Part shown: positions 1-12,721 of the stretch, piece by piece
Layout of the letters: every line of letters starts with the position of its first letter
How positions within the stretch are numbered: the first letter of the stretch is position 1
Source of the DNA: Paraspadella gotoi
Lineage: Eukaryota; Animalia; Chaetognatha
NCBI GenBank assembly: GCA_051294375.1
Contig: CM119263.1
Span: forward strand, 14,993,574-15,057,573
Length of the DNA stretch: 64,000 nt
Direction of reading: 5' to 3'
Notes under the pieces: model-generated
What the model saw: the letters and a program-made list of their open reading frames with translations, nothing else
What the model was told of the DNA's origin: nothing
The model's database searches: none
Program-made: the position numbers and the translations under genes

Positions 1-539
1 CGGTTTGAAAAAAGCTCTTAGCAATTACCCGATCGTTAGCTCCTCCCTTTTACTTTTACTTAAATCAAGAGAATTATACCAAAATTGGACTATTCACTTC
101 CCAATATCGATTCATATGCAAAATAACAAATTAAAATACAAAGAAAAATTTTTGTGGACGAGCCCTTCAAGACATCATGGCTATCGGATTCCACTGATTT
201 GAAGTTTATTTGGCGAAAATCACAACATATGTAAATGGCGTTGACATTGTATATATTAACAAGATTGCATGCAAAAATATATTTCCTGAGCGGACCAGAT
301 CCATTTGAATGCTGATGTTTCATTTGTCAAAATGATGGTTATTTGTCAAAAAAAAAATGCGAGCCCTTCAGCATGCAAACAGGATCGGGAATTCGAGTGT
401 TCTTGTACAATCTATTTTTAACCTGGAATTTTTCCCAGGCGCGTTGACATTATTTGGTAGTCAGATTTTAACGAAAATCTCCATTGAAAAAGTCTTCCTC
501 GATTTCTAAGAACGACGTAGACTCCTATGTAAAAGTCAA
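1..539 (+). repeat. dispersed repeat related to 6427-6958 and to the 3' part of the 3017/14471 family
   Basis: shared ccgatcgttagctcctc and gtcttcctcgat.tctaagaacgacgtagactcctat. Confidence 0.8.
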
Positions 540-996
540 GGTCAGGACGGGCGATGCTACTTTTTGTAAGTCATAAAACGAATTAAAGATTGATCAGGAG
601 TCTCGCAAAATTACGACTCGGAGATTGACAAAAAAAATGACAAAAGACCGACGAAATAACTAGTAAATAATTGCTGCGGCTCCTGAAGCAGCGGACTCAA
701 ACACACGCACAAAAATCGTATCTTTTGCTGCTTACATCGCTTTTTGTGTCACTTCTATTGTCGTCGCTCTCACCGTCGCAACTGCTTCCTCCATCGATCA
801 AATTATCGTTGTCGTTTCTGTCAATCCCGATCCTGGGGGAGGCTTAATTCTTTCTCTTTCTGAGTCACCCAGCAAGCCAGAATTTTATTGTTGTAAAAGT
901 AGCGTCGGGAAAAATGACCCTAATCCCAACCCGAATCCCTAATATCTATCCTCTAAACTAACCTTATCCCTAACCGAAACTCTAAACAATTAATCC

Positions 997-1050
997 ATCG
1001 TTCAAATTATCGTTCAAATTATCGTCCAAATTATCGTTCAAATTATCGTC
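997..1050 (+). repeat. 12-bp tandem repeat
   Basis: (atcgttcaaatt)n. Confidence 0.85.
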
Positions 1051-2649
1051 GTCGTATTTGTCCTCCTGAGTCCCTGACTTTGAAAAATCTTTTTAAAAAA
1101 GTGGCCATCCAGCCAGAGAGAGCGAGAGAGATTCGCTGCTCCGTCATACGGCAAGGGGGCATCGATGTTTGAAAAGGCTCAAATTTTGTATACCATTTCA
1201 AAAACTTGTTAACAAGAATCGAAACATGTATGTTTCTTTATAAAATAAAATCGTTGTTGAAATAAAATTTCAAACTTTTTCTAAATATAAAACTCATATT
1301 TATATTTTTAAAAAAGTGAGTCTGATTTACGAGCTTCACTTTGTTTAAGGCCAGGGATCACTCAACCTAAAATTGTAGACATCTTAATTTACTGTATCTT
1401 AATCATTTTCTTACATCTTGTAAGAGGTTTTCTATTTAAAAATAATCGAAAACTTTTAAAAATCTACCCAAAATGTTCATAAAAATTTTAACAAAATTTT
1501 TTTTCGGTAAAACTAGATTTTCAAGAGAAAAATATTTTTTTAACTGTAAGCTAAATTTCTACAACCAAATTTTTAACTTAAAACTGATTCTTTACAGTAA
1601 GCTCAATTTCTACTTCTTATATTTATTCTTCTTTTGGTACAAGTACATACTTGGAGTTGTATCACTAATAAGTCTAAAATAAACTACTCTACACATTTTC
1701 CAGACGGATTTTTATGCTTTTATGAGTTAAAAAACTTAAAAAACTTAAAAAAACTTAAAAAACTTAAAACTTAAAAAAATCAGATTTATTTGAAATTGAC
1801 TTTTTACTTCATGTAAATGTTTATATCATAATATAGTTTCTCTATTTTCAAGGGAATCTCTGAAAAAAAAAATCAAATCTGAATTAAAAAAATTAAAAAC
1901 AGTAAGCCATTTTTTTAAGACTTTGGCGTTAAACAAACTCCATCATCACATACCGTGCTTGTGTATGTTGTGGTGAATCTTGCAAAAGTAATGAGTACAG
2001 AATTTAACTTTCTTGAAGAAGTAAAGTTAAAAACGAAGAGTTGCAGCTCAAACCGTTGGACTCTTCTTGAAGAAAAAAATATCTTGGGCAAGAAAGGAAA
2101 GGTGGGGGAGATTCTATGAGCGCGTTTTTGGAAAAATGTTTTTCGTTTCAAAGATATTAAGGAATTAATCACAAAAATTTACTAAAATAATCAAATTTTT
2201 TATGAAGGAAGGCAAATTTTGAAAGTATCTTTTCATAGAATCAGAGTTCGTTACCTAAAGGTAATTCATGCCAAATTTCATGAGAAACCGCCTTACCGTT
2301 TGGGCTGCAACTCTTCAAATAGGTTTTTTTTATTTTATATAGTACCAAAAAAATCGAAAAAACGATGACGCCTTTGAAAAAATAGTAAAGTAAATACATT
2401 TTCGGAATCGTCAGGAGCTCTCCTTTCGAAATCCGAGCTCGGCTTTAGCCTAATTATAATTTGAATTGAGTGATCCCGGACCTTAAGAGAAATTTCTCTA
2501 AAAACATAATAAGTTAAAGAAAACAAAATATTTTTTACCAAAATAACTAAATTGGAAAAAATAAAATTTAACCGAATTTAACAATTAAAATAAAAAAATT
2601 AATGGTGAAGAGACAGTAATTATTGATAAGTGTTAATAACAGAACCGTT

Positions 2650-2805
2650 CAATATAAGCAGTCCCTGAGCTTCGGATCAGGCTGTAACACTGTTACAGGC
2701 GGGTTAAGCGCCCCGTCCCTCTTAACTGCCAGACGACCACCGGGCTAGAACCCCGGACCTTTGGGTTGGGAGGCGAATGACTTGCCTCCGGCACCAATGG
2801 CCGCC
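2650..2805 (-). mobile_element. tRNA-derived SINE
   Basis: Reverse strand has an A-box-like TGGTGCCGGAGG and B-box-like GGTTCTAGCCC at tRNA spacing; a second copy lies at 8452. Confidence 0.55.
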
Positions 2806-3016
2806 GATGAACGGTTGGTGGATTTTAGTCCACCATAATGGTTAAGTTAAAAAATTTTTCACCGTTATTAATGGTTAATTTTTAACGGTTAAGGAATCTC
2901 TAATCCAAACCAAATCCATAATCCCAAATCACTAACTTAATCCATAACCTAATCCCTAAACCTAACCTTTAACTTAATAAAAAATTTACTTGAAACCGAA
3001 TTTATGACAAATTAGG

Positions 3017-4345
3017 TAGAACCAAATTCCGAAACTCGATCCCAAACCTTTTTTCAAAATATTTTGATATTTTTGGATAAAGAATGACTGGAATAATGTA
3101 AATCTTAAGTTACATCTAAATTGGCCAATGGGTTAAGAAGAAATAGACCAAAAACAACTAAAATTCCTCTCCCTTTTTTCAACATTCTCGCCTTTTAAGA
3201 TTTTTGCTGATTCTAACTTCCTCTTTCAAACCTATAATTTCGCTAGTTAATTTTTTTTGGTTAAACGAACAAAAGGAATCCATAACTTTATTTTTTTTTA
3301 TAATTTCTGGATAAAAAAATATAATGAATTACATTAACATTGGGATATTATGAAAGTGTAATGTCTTGTAAAGCCAATTTGCCAATTTTATTATTGAAAA
3401 ATAACATCAAACTGAAGAAGTTGAACGTCTTTCAGCTCCTTTCAGTAAACATCCCTGTTCTCTAACATAAAAAAATGTTTACTTTATGCTGGTGGAAAAA
3501 AAAGATTAATACTTAAGCTGTGATGGGGTGAATAACATTTTATAGAATTTTGTAAGCATGCTTGTTAAATCAGACAAGCAAATATTTAAGTGAAAAAAAA
3601 TTATATATCATTATGATTATCCAAAAAACAATTTAGCCTTTTTTCAGAATCATTAAAAAGAATTTAATTTTCATTTATTTTTATGGGGTATCATTAGTTT
3701 TAAAATTCATTATAATTTTGACTTAGTTTGACCCTCACCCTGTAAAGAGGTTTCAGCAAAAATAATTCTAAAATTGTATCTTGTATGTGCCCTATGATTA
3801 TGGCTTCATTTTGGTACTATTGCCATCCCTTTATCTTTATCTTCAATAGATATTAAGAAAAATCAGTTTTTTCTCTCAACCTTCCTTTTAATTTCTTTTT
3901 AAATAAAAATTTCGCGATAAAAACTGGACCAATTTACCTTACCATGGTGGTTTAATATGAAAAAAATGGTCAATACTAAAAAGGAAAAAAAGTCGAGCTC
4001 TAGGGACACGAGGCTTTTGGAATCTCATAATTTGAAGTACCATTTCTAATGCTAGCATACAGTAATCCCGTTTGTAGTAAAATTTCCCTTTCATTTCTAT
4101 AGTAAAAACGAGGTTAGAAAATCCTCCGGTGGTGAGTAGTCCATTTCTCCTGGCTTGTTTGATAGTAACTGCTACAAGAACAAAAAGTCGAGTTCTTGAG
4201 ATGCAACGCTATCGGAATCGTGCGTTTTTACAACTGTTTTCTACCGGAATTTCTCCTAATGTTGTTTGTTAAGTTGGGCAGTCAGATTCGAACGGAAATC
4301 TCTATTAGAAAAAAGTTTAATTTTTTTAAGCGAGATTTTTGCCTA
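3017..4345 (+). repeat. dispersed ~1.3-kb repeat, copy 1
   Basis: colinear with 14471-15870 along its length. Confidence 0.85.
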
Positions 4346-5864
4346 AATTAGGGCGTTCTGGGATAATACCCCGTGAGCCAAATCGATAGACAAAGTAAAA
4401 ATTAATGATACAGGACCTACCAAACATTAGGAAATTTTTTTTATACCATTTGATAGAAAAATCAATAACGTTTTTGATATGCCAAAAATATTTATTAAAA
4501 TGGGTTTGAAAAATGCTTAAAATGCCTTAAAAACTTGTCATCGCTAAAATAAATTATCCCTCATCAAGCAAAATATATATTTTTTTAAAGATGATTCAGT
4601 TTCTTACTCAGTCAAAGTTTTGTACAACAACTGATTTCTTTTGCAAGACTTCTTCACTGACAAATTACTTTGCCATATTAAGATCAGTGCACGCTAAAGC
4701 GTAGTAAAAATTCTAAATTTAACTAATTAAAATTCTAAAAGTGAGAAAGACAACATTATATTAATAAACATGTGTAAAAAAAATTTATAATAAATCTTAC
4801 AATTTACGCAGTAGGCNNNNNNNNNNNNNNNNNNNNNNNNNNNNNNNNNNNNNNNNNNNNNNNNNNNNNNNNNNNNNNNNNNNNNNNNNNNNNNNNNNNN
4901 NNNNNNNNNNNNNNNNNNNNNNNNNNNNNNNNNNNNNNNNNNNNNNNNNNNNNNNNNNNNNNNNNNNNNNNNNNNNNNNNNNNNNNNNNNNNNNNNNNNN
5001 NNNNNNNTTTAAAAATTCTTTCATTAAGTTGATCAAATATAAAAAACTTAGATTTTAAACTGAAAATTAAAATTTTATAAATTGAATATAGTTTTTTAAT
5101 TTTTAACCCACTTAATGAACGAATTTTTAAANNNNNNNNNNNNNNNNNNNNNNNNNNNNNNNNNNNNNNNNNNNNNNNNNNNNNNNNNNNNNNNNNNNNN
5201 NNNNNNNNNNNNNNNNNNNNNNNNNNNNNNNNNNNNNNNNNNNNNNNNNNNNNNNNNNNNNNNNNNNNNNNNNNNNNNNNNNNNNNNNNNNNNNNNNNNN
5301 NNNNNNNNNNNNNNNNNNNNNNNNTAATTGACATTTAGAATTTTCGTATGTAACTTTCACTACGGAGATCAGCATCTTCTCAACAATCATTTTATCCCCA
5401 ATTTTAATACTTTGATGTTGTTAAGCTAAGCTGCTTGATTTGATTGCCCAAAGGCCTGAGAATGAATGTCGTATAAACCAACTGCCCTTCTGGACCTTGT
5501 AGGGGTCAATAAAGCTGAAAATATTTGTACTGTAATCTTGAATACTGAATTAAAAAATACTTATTGCACTTGATTATAAAGAGATGCGATGAGCCATCAA
5601 TTTTACGACTTTGACATCTTCGCAAAAAAAATTATTATCAATATAAATAAAATTTTAACAAAAAAAAACGTCAAACATTTCTCTAATAAAAAACAGTTTA
5701 CATGTCGAAGCAGTGAACCATGACAATGATTTCCTTCGTGTCAATGGATTTGTCTCACGGGGTAAGGCCAAGACTTATTTTTTGCAAACAAAAACAAACT
5801 TTGTTTTCTCTCTTATTTTTAAACGCAACGTTTTTAAAGTTTTGACACAATGCTGTCTTTTCAC

Positions 5865-8790
5865 CTGCGCCATGGCCATAGAAGATATTATTCCTACAAA
5901 TTTCCAGTTATAATAATAAACACCCGATAAGACAATTACGATAGTAAATATCATCTCTAGGTTATTTTGAGGTACTATGAATCCTAATCCAACCTGCTTA
6001 AGGGAATTAAATACATAAAATTGAATCGAGTAAAATAACTCGGAATTGGTGTTTATCCAGTACACCCTATCAACAAATATTGTTTCTCGAGACTTGTTGA
6101 TACGGATGTCAAAGAGGTCCATCTTTCGGTGAATAATAGCCGGTTGGAGAATGTAATGAATTGTAGACCACCTGAGTCGGTCGGTTATTAAAGAGAAATT
6201 CAATGGATAAACCTTTATAATAGGACTAAGCTCTGACGAACAAAGCCTGAGGTTTTCTTCAATATATTCTTATACCACCCAAGGTAGAATGATGGCAATA
6301 TTGTTAATATTAAGTTTTCAAAAAAATCCGACCATAAATATAGAAAATATTAACCAAAATCTTCAGAAAATTCACCCCTTCTTTGGAAGATTTTCGCCAT
6401 AGAAGATTTTTCCCGAATCTGACTCCCGGTTGAAAACTCTTAGAATTCCGATCGTTAGCTCCTCTTTTACTTTTACTTTAAATAAAAAATTTCACCAAAA
6501 TGGACTAATTCACTTTACCATGATCATATCATATCAAAATAACCAAATAAAATGTAAAGAAAAATTGGAGAGCCCTTCAGACACTTTGCCAAAGGATTCC
6601 AAAATTGGACCTCATTTGTTGAACAAGAACATACCTCAGTTAACGTTTATATCGTTTTCAAGGAAAAAAATCCCTTTCAATTTTATATAAAATCAGAGAT
6701 AGAAAATTTTTCCGTCCAGAAGCAGTCTATTTGTTCTGGCTTGTTTGATATCAAGATGTTGATGATTTGAAAAGAAAAAAAAATGCGAGCCCTTCAGATG
6801 CAACAGGATCAGAATCAAGTGTTTTTACATCGATATTTTACCAGGATTTTTACCAGGAGCGTTTATATTGTTTGGTAGTCAGATTTGAACGAAAATCTCC
6901 ATTGAAAAAGTCTTCCTCGATCTCTAAGAACGACGTAGACTCCTATTTATAAAGTCAATCAGGCCGACACTGACCAAGTACTTCGGACGAAGCAACAATC
7001 TTTCAGCTTGAAAAAAGAGCATCTTTTATCAAAACATTCGATCATATGAAATTTTTCTGTCTTGCTGTGATAAGAGCCGCAGTACCATTCTGGAAGTTGA
7101 TACCTTCAAACGGAAAGACGATTTTCGTGTATAATTTATATATAATATATGTATAAGTAATCTCAATTATAAGTGCCCCGCTAACTTCATCCCTGATCGT
7201 CTGACTACGAAAATGAGCTGTATATTATAAAACAATGTGGCGACGAAGGTTTCGCCACCATGGGGTCAACCCGAATTGGCCACTGAGTTTAGTGGTCGCA
7301 AAGGAAGCCGGCTGCTAATCTCTCTCTCTCTCTTACTTAACCGGTGCCTCTCTCATTGTAGTTAGTCTTGCCCGGTCTTTTACATTGAACATTATGTACC
7401 CCTACAACAAGTTTGAGCAAACAATTCAGGATCGGCTCACGGTCATTAAGCGGTAGCTAGCTAATTAATTAATTAATTAATAACTAATTTAATGATATTT
7501 AATGAATAATTTTAATTAATTAATCAATTAATTTAGAGTAATTATTTAGTCTCTCTCTCCCTCGTTCATCCCCTTTTCCCTCCACCATTCAAATTAATTA
7601 ATAATTAATTAAATATTTAATTAATTGATTAATTTTATAATCAATTAATTAGAGTTGTTGCAGTTTATATAAAAGGAAAAAAGCATAGCATAATCAAATT
7701 TTTTGTTTTTCCATTTAAACTCATTTCCACTTCATATCCAGTTCAATCACACATTTCCTCACCCACACACAAAATTTTAAGTCAATCGCGTGATCCACTT
7801 ATGAGTAATTAGCGTTCAAAGCTAAGGGGAGACGGACGGACCCTCGGACGAACGGTCGGACGGACAGACATCGTTATTTTTGCATCATCTACTATAATTT
7901 GATATTCTGACAAGATTTAGGGGGTGGACCGACGGACCGACAAAGTGAATCATAGAGCCGGTAACTGCTATAAGCTATAAGCACTAAGCAATAAGTAGAT
8001 CCGGTTAAAAGTGCTCGCGGACATAATTGAGAAACAATCAAATGACCCCTGGGCATCCCGCTTACCAAAGCAGAGTGCAGACTCCCTCGACGATTAGACC
8101 TGAGCAGAACAGAAAGATAACCTCGAAAATCCAACCCACATATCGACGCAAGAAATAAACGTCGCGATAAATCACTACCAAGCGAATCAGTGGCACCAAA
8201 TTAAAAAGGAATATGATGGACCTGGGAAAGTACTTTTTTTCAATACAGATATTTCTGGCAGGTCTCTTCTGAGCTAACCAAAGTATGCGTCCGACTTGGC
8301 TATCCTCTCCGAATTCGCTCTTTACGGCGAACCAAAGAATTTGGTACGGAAACGACGCAATAATTTCCAACGCCATTTTAGATCTTACCTTAAGGGGTTA
8401 AAAAAAGAATCTAAAATTTCATTTTTTATGGGGAATTAATAATCCCTCAATCGGTCATTGACGCCTGAGGCAATTCAATAGACTTCCACCGAAAGGTTCG
8501 GGGCTCTAGCCCAGGGGCAACATATCAGCGCTTCTCCTGACTGTAGCAATAGTGGTTCATGGTTCAACAACTTATTAATGATCGATTTGAGCAAACAATG
8601 TCGGATCTGCCCACGATAATTTAGCGGTCAGCAGCTAATCAGATGACTAATTATAACAAATCTGATATAGTGTATTAATCCTTTTGTTTCGTTGTGTTCA
8701 AAAACTCACTCAATCTGTCCTTACCTTCAGCCTGTCCTCACCTCTGACCACTATCCTATCTCACCATTGTGTTGGAAAACTTTCACCTTT

Positions 8791-8837
<47 letters not shown>

Positions 8838-11800
8838 AACTCTTGCACAAAAATTTCACATTATTGTCAAAACGCTGATGAAGACTTGAAAACAAAGTCA
8901 TATATAAGCAAATCGTTGTTGAATTTCAAATTTGGGTTTTTTGGTTTTTTTTGGCTAAACAAATCTGATATATTTTTATTTAATTTTTATAGGATACCGA
9001 AAGTTTTAATTAGCATTAACAACGATTTTAATAAAGTATGAACACTCGAAAAAGCAAGAGTCGAAACATGTCTGACCTTTATTGTTAATAAAATCGTTGT
9101 TAATGCGAATTAAGAGAGAGAGTAGTCGATTGGACAAAGCTGCTGACGGAAATTGTTGGGCAGACCAACGCCTCAGAGTCATCCGATAAACAGGGGAGAT
9201 GATCAAACACCAACTCCCGTGATTAGCGTGATGGTAAGGGGATGCCCAAAGGATTCTCTCACTTAAAGTGAACTGGCAGATGCACCAGTGATGAGTAGAC
9301 CTTTCCATATATGAAAAGTTTGAAATCAAAAAACGAGTATTGTGTAAAAGGTGCCCATACATCATATGAATTTTTTGAACATTTTCTTTTTAAATTTACA
9401 GTAAATTTTTTTGCTAAATATTTTTAAAAGCTTTATTGCTAGAGGGACGAAATCCAATCTATCTTGTAAAGCGGAAAAAATTGACTGTTACATACCTCGC
9501 ATTATAAATTAAGTGAGTTTTTTACTAAGTAAATTTCTTTTTAAAACCTATTGTTTTGGGCAATTTTTGATAAAAGTTTTAAAAAATGATATTTTCAACA
9601 ATGTTCGTGAAATTTACAGCGAATTGAATAAAGAGATAATTGCCTTTGTTTTGCTGAAAGAATTTTTAAAAAAGGATTATCAGTTAAAAAGTTATAATTT
9701 TTTAAATTTAAAAACATCACTTTCCTTAATAATTATTTTTATTTAATAGGTTTGAACTAGGCTAAAGATAGGGTAGTCTGGTGATTTTTTATTTTTATTA
9801 AGAAAATTTTTTTATGTGCTGTCATGTAGCAGACATCGTTAGCTAAAGAGAGAGAATATGAATATGAAATAGACTAAACCGGTGCGCAATTTACTGTGGC
9901 CCATGAGGTAATTTCGTTTACGAAAACTAAGTTAACAGTAAACAAGTTTGAGCAAACAATGTCGGAATCTTGGCCTGACGAAAATTAATTAATCTAATAA
10001 TCGATTAATTAATTATTTTAATATTAATAATTAATTTATAAATTTATATACAGCTTATCAATCATCAATGTCCTTAAAATAAAGTAAATGTGACTTATAT
10101 TTTTTTCTTTTTTCTTTTCCATTAAACTCATATTCCACTGGCACAATTCCCGTCAAAACGCTTTATATCTAGCATTCTTCACGACAATTTCATCTCGTCG
10201 CACTCACAAAATTTTATCTCAATCTATTATAGGTTAAAATAAGTAAAAGATGTCAAGTAAAATGTGACTCTTATTTTAATATACTAGCTATTTCATCAGT
10301 TAACTCGAACTATTCATATCACTCGTCACATTCGTTACCCACCCACCTATACAATAATCTGTTACGAAATAGCAAATAAACTTTTCCCTACAATTAAGTG
10401 TTCAACTTAATGCTCATCATTCCCCGATATAGTTATTCAAATATGCAGTATTTATTGGGTTAAAATAGAGTATAAAGATTTTTTAGGTAAATGCGATTTA
10501 TGTTTTTAGTGTATCCATTTTAAACTCATATCACTCACACCGCATTCCGTCAAAACTTTATAAATCCCGCTTTTCACTACATGTTCTTACCCATACACAA
10601 AATTTCATTCCGACTGCTAACCAAGCGCCAATCACAAGATTTATGATGGGGCTTTTTGATCCGAGGTAGGACGGATGGATGATTGATTTGACTGATTAAT
10701 AATTAATGATGTAATTAATTGACTAATTGATTTAATTTAAACTGATTTAATTATTTGATTTAATTAGTACATCCTGCATAATACATTTAATTATAAATAG
10801 GAGAAAAAATCATAATCAATGTAGTGAACATTTGTATTAAGACTCATTTCCACTCAAGCGATTCCATCGAAACTTGGTTGTTCCTGTTCATCATAACATT
10901 TCAGTCACTCACATACTAAAATTCCAGTCAATCGCCTCATCCACTCATGAAGCAATTGGTGTTAAAAATAGTGAATTAGATTCTTGTTATTGTTTTTTTG
11001 TTTTTCCATTAAAACTCATTTCACTTGAACGATTCCATCAAAACTAGTTAAATTCAGGACTCAATCAGCAGCACTTTCCCTACCACACACATGCAAAATT
11101 CCATTCAATCCATCCGCTACCATCACGGAGTAATTGGTGTTTTTTTGCTAAGAGTGGGCAACGGACGGAACTGACGAGTGTGGACGGGAACAGACGGAAG
11201 CGACAGTCATTCTTTTTTGACATAAACTTGTATCATAATTTGATGTTCTAATACATGATATAAGGTTTAGTGCGTACGGACAATGCATTAGAAGGGGGGC
11301 GGACGCGAACGGACGCCGACAAAGGTGAATTATAGAGTCGGGATCTGCTGATAAGCAGATCCGACTAAAAATTCATTTTTAAAACTCATTTAAAATAAAT
11401 TTTTAAAACGTGAAAATTAAAATTTTAAGAACTATGTACAGACTTTCAAATTGTTAGTACGTGATACTAAGACCAGAAAAAGGAAAAATTAATCAAAAAT
11501 TACTAAAAAGATTTAAAGAGCTACAAACTGTTAAAAACGTTATTACGTGATTATGAAACCAGTTTAAGAATAGAGAGAGAGAGAGAGAGAGAGACAACAA
11601 ATCATAACAGATTTCTTAATAAATCAATATCTTAATCTATTAATCAATCTTTCAATTAACTGATCAATCAGCCAATCAATCATTTTATTAAGAAAGGGAG
11701 AGAAAGAATCTCTGGTGCCAATTCTGACGAAACCAAAATAGCAAGACACAGCCTGAATACGAGCTAAAAATAGCCAAATTTTTTTGATAGATTGCTAAAA

Positions 11801-12721
11801 AAAAGCTAGATTTTTATGGGCTTAATTGTCATTTTATATGAGAAATTATCGTCTATAGAGCAAAATAGCATGATTTTGTTTACTATTTTAATCTATGAAA
11901 GTACACAGAAAACAAATATAACACCTTATTCACGTTCAGCATGCAAGTTAAAAAAAAATAAGAACAGTCAGTGAGTGATAAAAACGCGTTCTTGAAAAAT
12001 TTCCTCTACATCTGATAAAACTTGTATTAATACCATAATCTATGCTGATGATAGATCATTTTAACGCTGTATATATGAGCATTTAAACTTCATCGGCTAT
12101 GGCTAACAAGATGATTGGGGTGTACCGACGGACCGACCAAGAGAATTATAGAGTCTGAATCTGCTGATAAGCAGATCTGATTAAAATAATTCATATTGTA
12201 TGGTGGGTAAACTTTGCCATACTTTTCAATCTGTTTAACCGAGTTTAGCACTATAGTACAAATTGTGCTCCGTCCATGTACTAACTTTTTCCCCTTTTTA
12301 AATATATTTATTAATTGCGAGCAACTCTCAAAAAACTAAAAAAATATTGTTTTTTGGACAAAATTTTTATGATATAGTCTGTAAGTTTAAGCTCGGTGCT
12401 ACAGCTTGATTCGAATCTCGGAAATTACCTACTTATGAAGGGTTTTATAAAGTGTTTCTTGACAATTATTCTGTATCATTAATTTAAAAAACTTCATAAT
12501 TTAATAATCAAAAAATCTCAATCTTAACCCTACAGATTTAAACAATGCAAAACAACTTTCATTCCTACCCGTCTCAATACGTTCTTCATGCTGGTGACAT
12601 CATTATTATCCTCTTTATAACCAACAAAACAGCTAAAACATAGCCTTAAGAGCCCGGAGATTTGGATGACCCAGACACCAAGAGGCATAGATAGAATTTC
12701 CGACTTAATGATCTCTTTTAC
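5865..12721 (-). CDS. Divergent cyclic-nucleotide-binding-domain superfamily (EAG/HCN/CNG-like) 6-TM cation channel, S2-S6 exons; both ends unresolved
   Basis: Phase-linked exons: 12569-~12721 (S2: LCFSCFVGYKEDNNDVTSMKNVLRR), 8066-8388 (S3 ALEIIASFPY, S4-like LIRLVVIYR, S5 ..CTLLW), 6975-7103 (YQLPEW.., Cys-rich), 5865-6246 (pore NSLKQVGLGFIVPQNNLE + S6 MIFTIVIVLSG..VGIISS). CNBD itself not located. Confidence 0.7.
6427..6958 (+). repeat. dispersed repeat (copy of 1-539) in a channel intron
   Basis: as above. Confidence 0.8.
7406..8010 (-). mobile_element. HINE/DINE-1-like element, short copy
   Basis: same termini, fewer internal units. Confidence 0.65.
8452..8560 (+). mobile_element. tRNA-derived SINE, diverged copy
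   Basis: ggtcattgacgcctgaggcaa..aaaggttcggggctctagccc aligns with rc of 2740-2805. Confidence 0.45.
8585..8645 (-). mobile_element. HINE opposite-terminal fragment
   Basis: tttgagcaaacaatgtcggatctgcc. Confidence 0.55.
9941..11370 (-). mobile_element. HINE/DINE-1-like element, full-length copy
   Basis: aacaagtttgagcaaacaatgtcgg ... ggatctgctgataagcagatccgactaaaa; colinear with 16216-17466. Confidence 0.7.
12116..12186 (-). mobile_element. HINE terminal fragment
   Basis: accgacggaccgac..gaattatagagtc..atctgctgataagcagatc. Confidence 0.6.

Noticed and set aside
2735-2805. Functional tRNA gene
   Set aside because: Degenerate B box, no clean cloverleaf, and a diverged second copy; a SINE is more likely
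4797-5390. ORFs spanning N runs (also 36138-38058, 39531-40148)
   Set aside because: Artefacts of assembly gaps
5335-5777. TAA recoding suggested by in-frame stops near the channel
   Set aside because: Nephrin ends at TAA right after the conserved GHLV, so TAA is a normal stop
9006-9365. 119-aa minus-strand ORF
   Set aside because: No recognisable motif, and not needed because exons 12569 and 8388 join in phase
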